NCBI GenBank assembly: GCA_051362555.1
Contig: CM120641.1
Coordinates: forward strand, 30,076,401 to 30,140,400
Length of the DNA: 64,000 nucleotides
Direction of reading: 5' to 3'
Source of the DNA: Lingula anatina
Taxonomy: Eukaryota; Animalia; Brachiopoda
Part shown: piece after piece, positions 24,381 to 37,545 of the stretch
How the letters are laid out: every line of letters begins with the position of its first letter
How positions within the stretch are numbered: the stretch's first letter is position 1
Position numbers and translations under genes: made by a program
The notes under the pieces: generated by a model
What the model saw: only the letters and a program-made list of their open reading frames with translations
What the model was told of the DNA's origin: nothing
The model's database searches: none

Positions 24381-26539
24381 ACTTCAAAGATTTCAGTATT
24401 GGAACACAAAAGTTAAAAGAAATAATTAAATATCCCACATTACAGAATTGTTGCCTGTGTTGAAGGCTTGTCGCGCCGTCTACAGGAGATAATTGCAGTA
24501 CGCGGTAGACGCACATGCTGTTAGGCACATGACCTTTAACGAGCACACCCTAATGCTAACTGTGTGTAAATTTGGTGACATTTGATGGCATCTTTTCAAT
24601 TTAATAGACTTTTCTTTACATCTGTAGAAGTCATAGTGAAAAAGTGGTTTTGAGGGGGTACCTCTTATAAATTTTACTAAATGGTATAAAATGTGTATAC
24701 TGTATTTTCAACACTATTTTGTATTTTTTTAACCATTAATCATGTTAGACACGGTATCAGAAATAAAAATCACTTTTTCTGACAATTTACAGCTGTGAGG
24801 TGATCATTTGTAAATAAAAGTACATGGAAATAGGGGTGGGACAACCTTTTTGACCAATGTTGTACAACACAACTAAATACAATTTGGATTACATTAATAA
24901 CAAAGGAAATCATAAAATCAAATCAGTTAGGTCAAGTAGAGAACAGATAGTGCTTATTGAGTGATCATATTAGAGTACTGACTTGCTGATATTACACCAA
25001 TGTCCTTTACTGTAGATCTCTCTTTTTCTTAGCATTGTAGAGGCAGTAATCCCCACCCTACTTGTTCAATACCATTTGATTTTCTGTCTTTTTATTTGTT
25101 CGTGTGTAGGTTGTTAAACGTGGATAAATTACATTTTGCGTTTCAGATATAGTCGTTTTAGATAGAAATTATGTCTCAATATCGAACTACATAAAAGAAG
25201 CTCGTATTAGGCTATCTACTACAATGTACCAAACAATAAGTTACACACGCACCACCCGTTGATATACAGTGTACAGTGTAGTTCAAATTAAAATCCAGTT
25301 TTGTTACATAATAACCACTGAAATATCGTCAGTAGGTTTCAAATTACGTCGATTTCTTCAAGTTTTGTTTAGTCTACTACACATACTAGTATCTGTGAAC
25401 GTGGGCATATTTTACAGCAATCCTTTCTGAAAGAGATGGACGATCACAGCCCCGTGGCGACCACTTAAAGGAATACTAATGCTACGACTACAGACGACAC
25501 TCAAGTGCAACATCTCTGACGGCCATGGTCTTACTTCAGGGGGCAAGCCAGACGGCTTGCTCACTGGGGCGCACCTGATGCTGGGGGTGAAGATGGCGCT
25601 GGATATACCTGTAGAAGACTTGACAGTGGCGCTCACGTGTGGAAATGTAGCTTAAGATGGCAACATGGAATGTTGATCAAGTGATCAGCTGGAGCCGAGG
25701 TAGATATGCCATGATGGGACATTTCATTCGATTTCGGCTATAAAGGGAAATAATCGTCACATCTGTTTCCACATGAGAGGGTATCTTCGAACTGGTGACT
25801 GGTACAGAGGTGACTTAGAGTTTAACATAGAATTAAGAATTAACATAATGTTTATTAATTCAGCTATCGATATGAAACTTTTACATCAAATAAGATAGTG
25901 TGAAGTCTTATTGTTCTGCCAAAAGAGAGCTTTACACGAAAAAAATTAAAGCTTATTCATATTCAAAAAGTGAAAGCCTTACCCAATTCTCACTTTTGAC
26001 GGGTATAACGTTTACTCCATTTTTAAAATTTTTTTGTTTTATTTTAAATTTAGAAATACATTCAGTTTCGTTATTTGTAAATGAACCTTTGAACATCAAT
26101 TCTTTGTAAATTAAGTGTATAGATATTCCGTACTGTTTTAGATGTCAGTGTTTATTTAGAAGGACTCGGTCTTTCATTACTATACCAGCACTCAGATAAA
26201 GATAAATCCAACTCTGTGCACTCCAGTCCCATCTTGCTGAGGTACACATTTGTCTTTGTAGTGGAGATTCCAAAGGCTACCCATCCGCTGATCTACGTAT
26301 ATTCAGTTAAAACCCCTTAACAATGGAAGGCGTCCTTTCTGCATCCTTTGTGCGACTATGAAACTGGCATCGAAATAAAAATTTATAGATATCTTTGTAT
26401 GTGGACCCCCTGACCCCCCCTCTAAATCCGCCACTGGCCGACAAGATTTTTAACTCTGAAATCTTTTTACTTTTAAATATTTGACTGTTATTGTTAGGGT
26501 AATTTTTTCTCTCTGTTTCCTCCTTATGTTCGTTTTAGA

Positions 26540-26792
26540 GGGTACGTACGGATAAAATTTAGTCCCAAAATATTACACGTCCCTATACTCCCGTTACCGA
26601 TAGATACATAAAGGAAAAACTGAAAAACGTCTTTTTAAATTTAAATACCGATAGATCCGATTTTTTACCACCGTCCTATATATTTGCGTTCCTATAGATA
26701 CGACGTCCTCATAAACCCACGTCCTTTAAATCCGCATACCTATAGATCCCCGTATTTTTAGATCCAAATACCGATAGATCCATTACAGGTAC
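26540..26792. repeat. Degenerate short tandem repeat (ACCGATAGATCC/GTCCTATA type), probably a foldback-MITE remnant
   Basis: ccgatagatcc and cctatagat motifs recur. Confidence 0.4.
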
Positions 26793-27073
26793 ACTATTGC
26801 TCAAAATGGTTGGTATACTACTCAGTACATAAAATGCAATTTTTTTAAACGACAGTACGCATATTAATCCTTTCAGCAATTTATTATCCTACTTGATCGT
26901 TTTTACGCAATACTCAGGTAATTTACATTAGGCCTACTAATGCGTTATCTGACAGAAATTTATGATTTCACTAGATGTTTTGTTATTTTCATGTTACATT
27001 CATTTAGTTTTGATTACGAAGGCTTCTGACAGGAACCTAAGATTATATTTTTTTTCATAGCGATTAATCCCAG

Positions 27074-27109
<36 letters not shown>

Positions 27110-27560
27110 ACCTCCGTCTATTAAGGTATAATGCATGAATGTTTAAGAGACACTTCGATGAATCCAGGAAAATGACCAGTTCCGGTTCAGTCAAAATTAA
27201 ATATTAATAATCAAAGAACCGGGCAAATCACAATATTTAAGTTGAAGGTCGAGAATCATTATTTCTAATAATTAAGTAAATGTTGAATCAAAATTCCCAT
27301 CCATGACGTGAGATGTGAACGTAATATAATTTTATTATAAAAATGCAGCATTTTTGCCGCATTCGGTGTGTTCGGCGAGTCGAAAAAAGAAGCGTATCCG
27401 AGCCATAGGAAGGAGAAACTGAGGGAGAGACATCGTGGTCACATCTTCAACTCGATGTAGTCTGTATGAGCAAAATAAAATTCCTTTCACAGGAAAAAGG
27501 GAGTTGTTCATAACTATACAGTGACGCGCTTTTATCATCCGTAAAAGCCCCCGTCACAAA

Positions 27561-29720
27561 ATGCCCAAATAAATCGTATACGGTATGAAATAAGAAGGGT
27601 TTACTTGTAAAACTCTTAACATTATTTCATCAACTTTTGCCGAGTTCTTAAAAGGACAGATGAAAACCTGCTTGGGTGGCCATGGATAGGAAGGATCGCT
27701 TGGCCGCGAAGTATTTAATGGATTTGTGAGTACCATTTACAATAATGTTTGAGATAAGACACCAGTGAAAATATTTATTAAGCACAGAGATTAATGTTTA
27801 TTAACGTGTGTTCGTTGTATTTCTTAATGATTGTCAGGCTCGTCTGTCAAAATATGCCATGAAATTGTAACTAATATGAGTGGTATCGATGACTCATATG
27901 TCGACTCTGACAGAGTTTGGGATAGTTTATAGAGCAAAGAAAGTTTAAATAGAAATGGACATGGTGGAAGATACTAGTCTCATTACATGTACATTACAAT
28001 GACCGAGGCGAATTGTTGACTTACCGAGGGCACATATCTTGTGCCCTAACATCTAGGCATACAAAACACAGTGATTAAGATGACCAAGATGCTATTTCTT
28101 TAGGCATCTAAATCCCAAAATAAATGTGCAGATCTAAGCTGTTATTGTATCTAAGTTTAACTCAATTTTAAATGCCATGTCAACTATAATTGAAAATATC
28201 TTTGAGATGTATTTTGATTTTATATTCTAAAGACAATTTGTCTCCTTTTTACATTAAAAATAGATAAATAAATCAGAAAGGGGATATTGCATGTTTATGT
28301 TTGGTATATCACTAAAATGTATTAAATAGTCCAGAGTAATATTTTAGATCATACAATTTTTTACATTAGCGTCCAACCAGTATTTCAGAGATTAAACCAA
28401 TCTTAATTTTATGTACTGTTGCTTTTTTTTTTGGTTGCAGTATCAAGGTAACTTTTTCCTATGGGATGCCTGAACTGGAAGAAGTGCAGATGGAAGAGGA
28501 GGAAGATGCTGAAGAAGAGGGAATTAAAGGATCCTGATGATCCAACATGGGACTAAAACATGTCTTTAGAGTAAGCAGAATTTTAATAAGCTGATATTCA
28601 CTCATCTTATATTAGGCATTATAGGTGCATGATTTCTCTTTTATCAATTATTTTTCCATATTGGCGACACATAATGTAAATTTTGATTTGCTTTTTTAGA
28701 CCTTAAGATTATGAGCAACTGCCAGTATGATGTCCTGAAGAAGAGTTTTTTTTACATGGAAGAGGAACTCCATGGCTCTCCACCAAAAGACTAGGAACTT
28801 TTCTTGAGGGTCTAAAGTGGGGATGAGTTGGATAGTGAGAGACTTTTCCTGACTTTCGAGTGCTGCTTACAGGATATATTCAGTGAACTCATCTTGCCAC
28901 AGTGACAAAGCATAATCTGTTGACTTCAAACCATCTAGCACTGGCATGTATGCTACAATGCAGACAGATTGGAAGTCAAGTCGGTCTTTCCTCCCAAACC
29001 TAAGTCATGCCTGATATTGAGAAGAAACCATTTTGGTCCAGTATTTACTTCTTAAATCTAAATGGCATCAAATGTTTTATGGAATATGGCAATGGTGGCA
29101 TATTGTGACTTCAACTTGATTTTAAACCAGTGTGTTGTCAGATTTTGTAAGATCACCAGTTGCAGAGTTTTGTGACTTTGTTACAGCATAAAATTCTGTA
29201 TTTGGCAAATGGCTGTATGTCATTTCTTTTAAGACCTACAAAAATGATTTGAGTGAACACTTGTGCCCGTATTCAATTCTCCACTCAGCCATCATTTAGA
29301 ATTCATGCAGGGAAGCCATGCCTGTATTTTTAAAGAAATATTTATACCTTTCTATTTATTCCCTGCACGTCTTGGAAAAGTATGTGTGAATATCTTACCA
29401 ATGAAACAATTTATGTTTGTGTAAGTCGGGTTAGTCCCTTCTTATGACACATCCCTTTGCATGGAGACTTTTGTATCAGCTCACATGAGTCAATACACTG
29501 ACAGAGAGGGGGATAATTTGTTGATCTGCAATGCTCATGGGTCTGCATGTACATGTACATCAGACTCTTAACTTGATAGCCCGGCTGTTAATAAGTCTCT
29601 TTCAAAAATGTTACCGTACTATAATGTGTACTGCACAATGTGAAAGTTTGTGAATGCTTGAATGGAAGGCTTATTTATGAAGAGAGCATTAATAAGTATG
29701 AAAATAATTATGCATTCTAA
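27561..29720 (+). pseudogene. Heavily decayed THAP-domain DDE transposase (Kolobok-like)
   Basis: Frame-broken remnants: MPK.IVYG, FHQL.P..KDR..AWVA..RKD and ICEYH (THAP-like); an acidic linker; ERLFLTFECCLQDIF; a DSP motif near 29576. Recognised by eye only. Confidence 0.4.
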
Positions 29721-30729
29721 CTTACAAAATCTGCATATGTCTTATTCATTACACGTGACAGGTAATAATAAAGATGATTTGGCCGAATTCCAAACTTATG
29801 TAGCAAACTTTGTTTATTCTTGTATTTTTGCCAAATAAAAATAAAAGATGTTTCAATATTTAAACTTTTATTTCATTCATAATCTCTACCCAGTTAATGC
29901 TTCATTGATACTGCAGCTTATGCTTTGTACAAAACAATATGTTAATTAATAATAACAGTACATATTGTTGATTTACTAAAGGGCTAGTTCTTAGAAAAAC
30001 ATGTTCGACATTAAAAGATATTCTAAAAAAGTTTTCAAGATTTGCATTAGACTTGAATCTTTGGATGTATTTGGTAAAATTATAAAATTATTGAAGAGTT
30101 GACAATGCCTAGAAAATAAAGTCCTTGAGGCTCTTGCTGATCTCAGTCTTGCCAATTGAAATACATGTACATGGGCATTATAATATAAAACTGTTCACTT
30201 GGTTTTGGTAAAAGGTGGTGGATCATGTGGTCATCAATGCAAATTTTTTGTAGCAGTCTTTTACACACAGCAGTCTTTTGTCACGCCGACATTGAAGTGA
30301 TGCAGTATTGAAAGATTGGAGTGCTTCCTGGTATGAGTTTTCTAGATATAACTTGAGGCACTGTAATAGTAAAATTACATAAAATGGTTATGAAGAAAAA
30401 ATGTATTGATATTATCATAACATCACTATTCTTTAACAAAAATCAACAAATTAGAGGGCATGATCACTACATGATAACCAGCTTTTAATAAAGAAGCAAG
30501 TCTGATTATAATATGGCAAAAAAAAAAATTAAATTTAAATATCTGTAGCTGCATTAAATCATAAAGGCCACAAGAAGAAATAACATAATCACACATGGTT
30601 TCAAAGAACTGATGTAAAAAAAAAACACACTAATATTCCCCACTTGGAATTGGAATTTTGACTAGCTAATTCACTACAGTATAGTGATAAACCATACCAA
30701 ATGGCACTGTTCACCTTCTAAAATACTAA

Positions 30730-32760
30730 AAAATGTGTAACAAGCATAAGGCTTCAGGCCAATGGGAGTTCAAGTTCACACTTTGAAAGTGCCAGAATGA
30801 GAAAAATGAAAATTTCACACAAAACTGCATAAATTCAATAATAAATGATAACCCAATTGAGCTGGCTTTCTAATTTGAACTGCATGCCAATCCTAAAAAT
30901 CATACTTGTAAGTTGAAAATAATTATAAGTAACACAGTTTTCTTTTCATAATGTTTGTAGTAGCAGTGCAAAAAGATTTTTGTCAATTTTGATGTAACAT
31001 TACATAATAAATAACAGAATAATTATCACCAATTTTTGATAGTTGACTATAAATAGCATGGAAATGTAGAAAACTTGATTACCATTCAGCTTCATGTCCA
31101 TGGGAGCTCTGAGTCCCACAATGAATATGCCAAAACGATAATAATAATGAATATTTCACTAAAATGTATAACTTTCAGAAAAAGAAGCCTGCTTTTCCAG
31201 TTCAGGCCGCATTTTAGTCCTGTGTTTCTTTTTTGAAAGTTTGACAGTCATAAGTAACATGGTTTTCCCATAATGGTCATCATGGCAGCAGCACCAAAAA
31301 TTGTTTTCTTCTATTTTGATGCAACATTACATAATGCTTAACAGCATAATGACCATCAATTTTTAACAATGAAATAAACATATCATGGATTTTCAGAAAA
31401 TGTGACTAGCATGGGTCTTCAAGCCCGTGGAGGTTCTAAGTCACACCTTGAAAATGCCAATATGTGAAAAATTAAATTTTCACAAAAAACTGTTTAATTG
31501 CCAGAAAAATTTACCAAACAGACTGCATTGCCTACTGAAGCTGTATTTTAGTCCCATGTTTCTTTCCTGTAAGTTTGAGAACAGTAAGTGACATGGTTTT
31601 TCTTAAATGGTCATCATGGGAGCAGTGCCCAAAATAGGGGTTTCTTCAAATTTTGATGCAATATTATATAATTTTTAACAGCATAATGACCATCAATTTT
31701 TAATAATAAAATGTTAGCAACATGAACATTCAGAAAACGTGCCCAGCAAAGGTCTTCAGGCCAATGGAACTTCAAAGTCACACCTTGAAAATGCCAAAAT
31801 GTAAACAAGACAGCACTGTTCTGACATGGGTTTATTTCCATTTTTAACACTTTTTTAACATAAAACAAAATAAACAGTTTACTGCAATTTTTATATGATC
31901 AACTAAGAAAATTGATGAGATGGGAAAATTATCAATAAAACAGTGTTAAATGTCCAATTTCCTCCATTCTGAGATTCTAAACATACTGAATGATTGAATC
32001 TGACAAAATGCAATGATATGAGTTTGATTCCTTTTTTGACACTTTATTACACAATACATGATAACAAGTTTACCATCATTTTTACATAATCAACTAACAA
32101 TGTTGTAAAGATGCAGGAAATGTCAAACAAACACTTTTACGTATTTTATTAGTTAAATAATAAGGCTATTAACATGCCTAATATTTGAATCTGAGGAAAT
32201 GTGGAAAAACAGCATAACTTCTAAAATAATGGCCCGATTATGCTGATTTTCAAACTCAACCTGCGTTTTAGTAAGATTGACCACTCCTGTGAGTTTAATG
32301 ACAATTGGCCTATCTGTTTTTCTTATATTGTGTTTACAGTGTTGCATATATGCTGAAAAATGAAAAAACAGCATAACTACTATAATAGTGGCCCAATCAT
32401 GCCGATTTTCGAACTTGACCTGCGTTTTAGTAAGATTGATTACTCCTGTGGGTTTCATGACAACAGGCCTAACGGTTTTCCTTAAAATGTGTTTACAGTG
32501 TTGCATATATTGCTGAAAAGTGAAAAAAACAGCATAACTTCTACTATAATGGCCCGATCATGCTGATTTTCGAACTTGACCTGCGTTTTATGAATATTCA
32601 TCAGCTCTGTAAATATAAAACCAAAAAGTAAAACTGTGTTCCACTTATCGTGTTTACGCTGAAAGTGCACAGCGCTGGCGATGGCATCGGCGACGGCGAC
32701 GACAGACGCAGGTGATGGCAATAGGCCTATGTACAGACACATCTGCGTCTGTACATAAAA
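30730..32760 (-). mobile_element. Family-A HINE-like copy, inverted relative to 750-3100
   Basis: GTACAGACACATCTGCGTCTGTACATAAAA at ~32731-32760, a GACGGCGAC tract and the same subrepeats in reverse. Confidence 0.7.
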
Positions 32761-33218
32761 ATTTAAGGAGGCCCAGAAGCCCACGCCAACTAGAGGGGGG
32801 GGGGGGGGGTCGGCTTTGCATCTGACCCCTCCCCCCCCCCTTCAAATAATCCTGGATCCGCCCCTGTTACCGGCTGTACTGCTAAAATTATTAACATACC
32901 TGATCTCTCCACTCGTGCTTGAAGGGGTGTATCACCCAATTCGTCATCTGAAAGCCTAAATAAAAATCCATTCCTTATAATCATATTCATTGACAATATT
33001 ATTAAATTTACAAATAAGTTAACGTAGTTACGTGTTATACAAAGAACACTCTCTATCCCCACTAGTACTCGAGTTACATTGTATATCTCATGGGATTCCC
33101 CTGCGAGAATGTGGTGTAAGGTTAGTCTGTAAGTACTGGTAGATGACCACATTGAGCAGAAAAGGGTATCCTCCTGCTTTACAGTACTATACACCTCAGG
33201 GGTGCACTACCTCGCTTC

Positions 33219-33392
33219 GGGGCCGTAGCAATAGTCCGAAGGTTCAATAGTCCGAAGGTTCATTGGTCCGAATGTTCACTACAGAAACTTCGGACCAACG
33301 AACCCTTGATTAAAAAACCGATAAAAATGTTACCGTTTTTCGGACCAATGAACCTTCGGACCAATGAACCTTCGGACTATCGAGACGCCCTC
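33219..33392. mobile_element. Mutator-like foldback MITE with 15-bp subrepeats and 9-bp TSD
   Basis: CCTCGCTTC flanks both sides (33210-33218, 33393-33401); arms built from AATAGTCCGAAGGTTC and GAACCTTCGGACCAAT. Confidence 0.75.
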
Positions 33393-34983
33393 CCTCGCTT
33401 CATGTCACTAGTAGTACGTACCCAGTGGTTTGGCTGCGAGTGCGTTACCCGAGGAAACGTTTATTAGCTGTTATCTACGCTTTTTAACTTCCACTCCCAG
33501 ACATTTTGATTTCCACTGCCACCTTCCCATTTTAAAGTACTTTTGGTAAATATAACTCGCTTACCTGCAAAGATTCGGTGAACAATTTCTCTTCTTCTTC
33601 ACGTCCGCAACGGAGCCATTTGCTACTTATAACTGTTATAACTCCTTGGATTAAGCTAGTCAAAATTCTAATATAAAGAGAGGAGTATTGGTGTGGTTTA
33701 ATATCCAGGAACTGAAGGGGGGGGGGGCAGGACCCCCCTGAAACCCCCCTAAACCAGCCACTGCTCAGACTGCAGTGTTTTGCCTGTGCTGCGGTCTTAT
33801 ATAGTCTCATTGTGACGGCTAGCACAAAATTCATACGTTGTACTGGTTGTGCTTACGCACGGCAGGAAACGTCTCAAAAAGTGTTAACTTTCGACTAGTT
33901 TGCGATCCTACAAAGAAAAAAGAAGAAGAAGAAAGAGAAGAAGAAATATAAGAACCAGCCTGTCCCTTCCTGTGTTGACGTGAAAAAAGTGGGCAGGGGG
34001 CTTTAAAAACACCATTCTTTTTATAGCCCGCGCTCCGACTGCCCTGGGCAGCAGTATGTGTGTGAGGAGGAGGCCTTCCCCCAATATATTTTGAAATAAG
34101 CCATTGATGTTGTGATTATGTCATGTAAATCAAATATTGGTCTTTAAAATGGAAGATAGACTGCCTTGTATGAATAAAATTTACAAACCTAGGTGGGACT
34201 AGTCTCTATAGTAGACAGCGTATTGCTCTCTACAAAAATTGCTCTGTTCATGAGAAGACGCGTTACTGTAAACCATTAAAAGACCCAGTTCAATAATAAA
34301 TGGAACGACTTTTTATATCAAGCCTGTATCAATTTCTGATTCCCTATTGAGTAAATTCTAAATCATTCTTACGTATATGGATATTAAAATAGTTTATAAT
34401 AAATGAAGAGAGAGAGGTTGAACAATAAGAATATAAGAACAATAACAAATCTTTAACATTAATATATGCGCCTTCGGACAAAAATTCACAGAATGTACTT
34501 GATGAGGCAAAACAAAGATGCTGTTGTTAATGCTGAATTAATTTTGTTAATTTAAAAATAGAATAAAATAAATTAGATAAAAAAGTATGTTTTCAAGTAA
34601 ATATTCGATCAAATATTAATTCTTTTACGGCGTAGCATCCATTTTATATACGTGTATAATGAAAAGATTTTTTACCAATCTGATGAAATACAGTATAAAA
34701 TATTGAACGAACAAATTCAATAAATTAAACCAAGAATTTCAAGTCTTTGATTAAACCAGACCGATTTATTCCACTATTAGTTTATTTATTTTCACACGTT
34801 ATTGAAATCTGGAGTTTTTATACTTATGAAGTACTAGCAATATATAGCAGATTAAAGCTCGAAAGACGCTCGAAAGATTGTTAACTCATTGCATAAACTT
34901 GTTTTAGTTTTAATTTGGCAGTTTTATCTTATTGTGTAGTTTATTTGAAAACAACAGTTTTCACGCAGGCTCCTGTCAATATA

Positions 34984-36647
34984 CAGACTTGACATTTAAT
35001 ATGGAATATTTTTTCCAAATCATTTTTCATCAGTTTTTTTTTCTATTTTGCTGACTGATGAATGAAAATAAGGATTACAATCGTGTTTTAATAACTTTAA
35101 ATTATCTCTTTGATGTCACTGTGACATCAATTAATTAATGGAATTCGCCAGAGAAGCAAACAAAAACACATTGCCTATTCTATGTCATACGTTTTCCATT
35201 AAAAGTGGTATTTTGGGTCTCCATATTTTCCTAATTATCGTCTGTAAAAGAGTTATACGCTCCACAAAAGACCCTCATGTCAGTTGCTATAGTCACAGTA
35301 ATGGTCGCTGTTACGCCTGGCCTCTTCTGGCTGTTGCCAGCGCTCTCAAGCGGCAAGGCATTCCTTGGGGTAGGTTTTTTTAGTTCAATCTGGAATATAA
35401 TTCCAGGCATCGGTCTAAAATTGTCCAATTTGGTCCAGTTTTATTGTAGGACATGTGGGCAGTTGATTCGGCGAGTAATGTCCTACCGAAATATTGTCTA
35501 TGTGGCTCAAATGTGGCGATTTTGATGACCAGGGTAGCTGCTCATTCCCGTGGTTCTGTAAGTTATCTGCTATTAAAAGTGCTCTGTGTGAACCGGCAAC
35601 CTCACCGTGCAACCTAAGATTGTTCCTAAGGTGTCCCCTATCAAATGATAGTCAAGTGGTTCCGAGATTATTCCTTAATTTGATCTGGTTCAGGTTTTCG
35701 TCGATGACTACCATTGGTGTTTTGGCACCAATGTGGTATCCACTCCAAATACTGACGCTGTCAATCACCCTTGTCACTTTAGACCCGGCATATGCTTCGT
35801 CGTAGGCCTCTTCTGGATATCTGTTAACTCTGTTTTGACTAATTGGGCGGTAAAGGTGAAATCTGACCTCAATAAAGAAAGCCACGCTGTTTCAGTGTTC
35901 TACCAAGAAACGATTATGGCCTCCAATTAATTAGAGAAACAGACGACGATGTTTTGCTGTTTACAGTGGGTGCCTCGGAGGTCGTTTGGTGTTCTTACCT
36001 GCTAAAACCAGTTTGGTGTTCGCTAAGGGCTTTGAAAAACGCATTTTGGTGGCAATTCACCCCTCGTTCTGAACGGACTAAGTGTTATTTGTTTAGTTGC
36101 AGCAGCGTATCTCGAAAGACAGTGGGTCCTGTACCCTGTAGGTAAGATTTTGATACATTGGGGGTGACATCTGTGTAGGTACATCAGTCTGGGCATTACT
36201 CTATAAAACTGTATGGACTGTTCCGTTTGGCTCTATGATCTGTCTGGTAATGTCTGTCTTTTTCGCGCCATTCTGCCATAGATTAATAAATTTTAAATGC
36301 ACTACTTGACCCATCTTACGCACTGCAAAACTGACCGCTTGCATGCAAAATTTCAATTTCTTCTATGCAGTAGTTGCCGACATATGGATACTTTTTTGAC
36401 AGAACCAAGCTTTGCCTAAGCCAAGCTTTGACCAGCCCAAAGGAACACTACCCAATTAAATCACTGCATATTACATAATGTAGCAGCGCAACGGACATGA
36501 AAGTCAGTTACTTGGTAGCGACACGCCTGACTGCACACTTCTCCATTCACAAATCTTATATGAGATCGGAGTTTTTTTAAAAAAGAACGCATTTTTGCCT
36601 AGGTATACCTTCGAAACTGAAATATTCCATATTAAATGTCAAGTCTG
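34984..36647 (-). mobile_element. Tc1/mariner DNA transposon with a pseudogenised transposase (~35290-36272, -)
   Basis: TA|CAGACTTGACATTTAATATGGAATATTT 28-bp TIRs with TA TSD; remnants FFIEVRFHL, SVSIWSG, TPMVVIDENLN and LPWSSKSPHLSHIDNI (WPxxSPDLNPIE-like). Confidence 0.88.
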
Positions 36648-37288
36648 TACAAAGACGGGCTACTTATTGTCTCGGCCCTTTATAAGGAACGAACAAAACC
36701 GGTAGTTTTTAATTTTACCTGGTCACTAACATCATTATCTCGGCCTTTTCTCTCCGTAGTTCATGAAAAAAATGACAAGGTTTTACTTTTTATACCATCC
36801 GTTTTTTTAAAATGATCCTAAAAAAAGTATTATGTTCAGTTCGTATACGAAGTTCAGATTTCGTACGAGCACCAAAGAAAGGATTATGGAGCAACAAACA
36901 TCGTCAACAACGTTAATTCATGTATAGTCATTTTACATCATATCCAGAAAAAGAATGACAACTGATTTTAGTACATTTAAAAACGCCTGTGAAAGAACCC
37001 GGGATTCTTTCACGTTGTTAAATTTCAGTCTCTCGGTTGAAATAAAGAACCTGGCGTTTTTTAACGCTGCAAAAAGAAAAGAAAAGAAAATGCCCCCTAC
37101 CTCCAGAATGTTACGACATGTATTGTTATAGACAGGTATGAATCAAATTCAAACAGGCTAATTCAGCTTTGATGGAAGCTGTGAAGCGCACACGACTATG
37201 AATGACAGTTTTTTTTGTTTTTTTTTTAATAAAGGTCAAACACAATTATTACACTCTTCTCTCCGAACATGTAAAAACCCCTATGTCC

Positions 37289-37545
37289 TTTGATTGACAA
37301 GATGCCAATCAAATTCATTAGTTTTGATAGCTGCTGTCAAGTAATAACAACTTGATGGCAGGTGATATAAACAAACGTCAATCACAATCATTACACAGTG
37401 GATCACTATAGTCGTCGAACACGTTTAGTTCAAGCTTCCTACACCCTTTGATTGACAAGGTGCCAATCAAATTCAGTTAGTTTTTATAGTTGCTTCAAGT
37501 TATAACAGTTTGATTGGCAGATTATATAAACAAACGTCAATCATC
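37289..37545 (+). repeat. Two diverged ~95-bp direct repeats 158 bp apart
   Basis: TTTGATTGACAAG.TGCCAATCAAATTCA...ATATAAACAAACGTCAATCA at 37289 and 37447. Confidence 0.75.
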
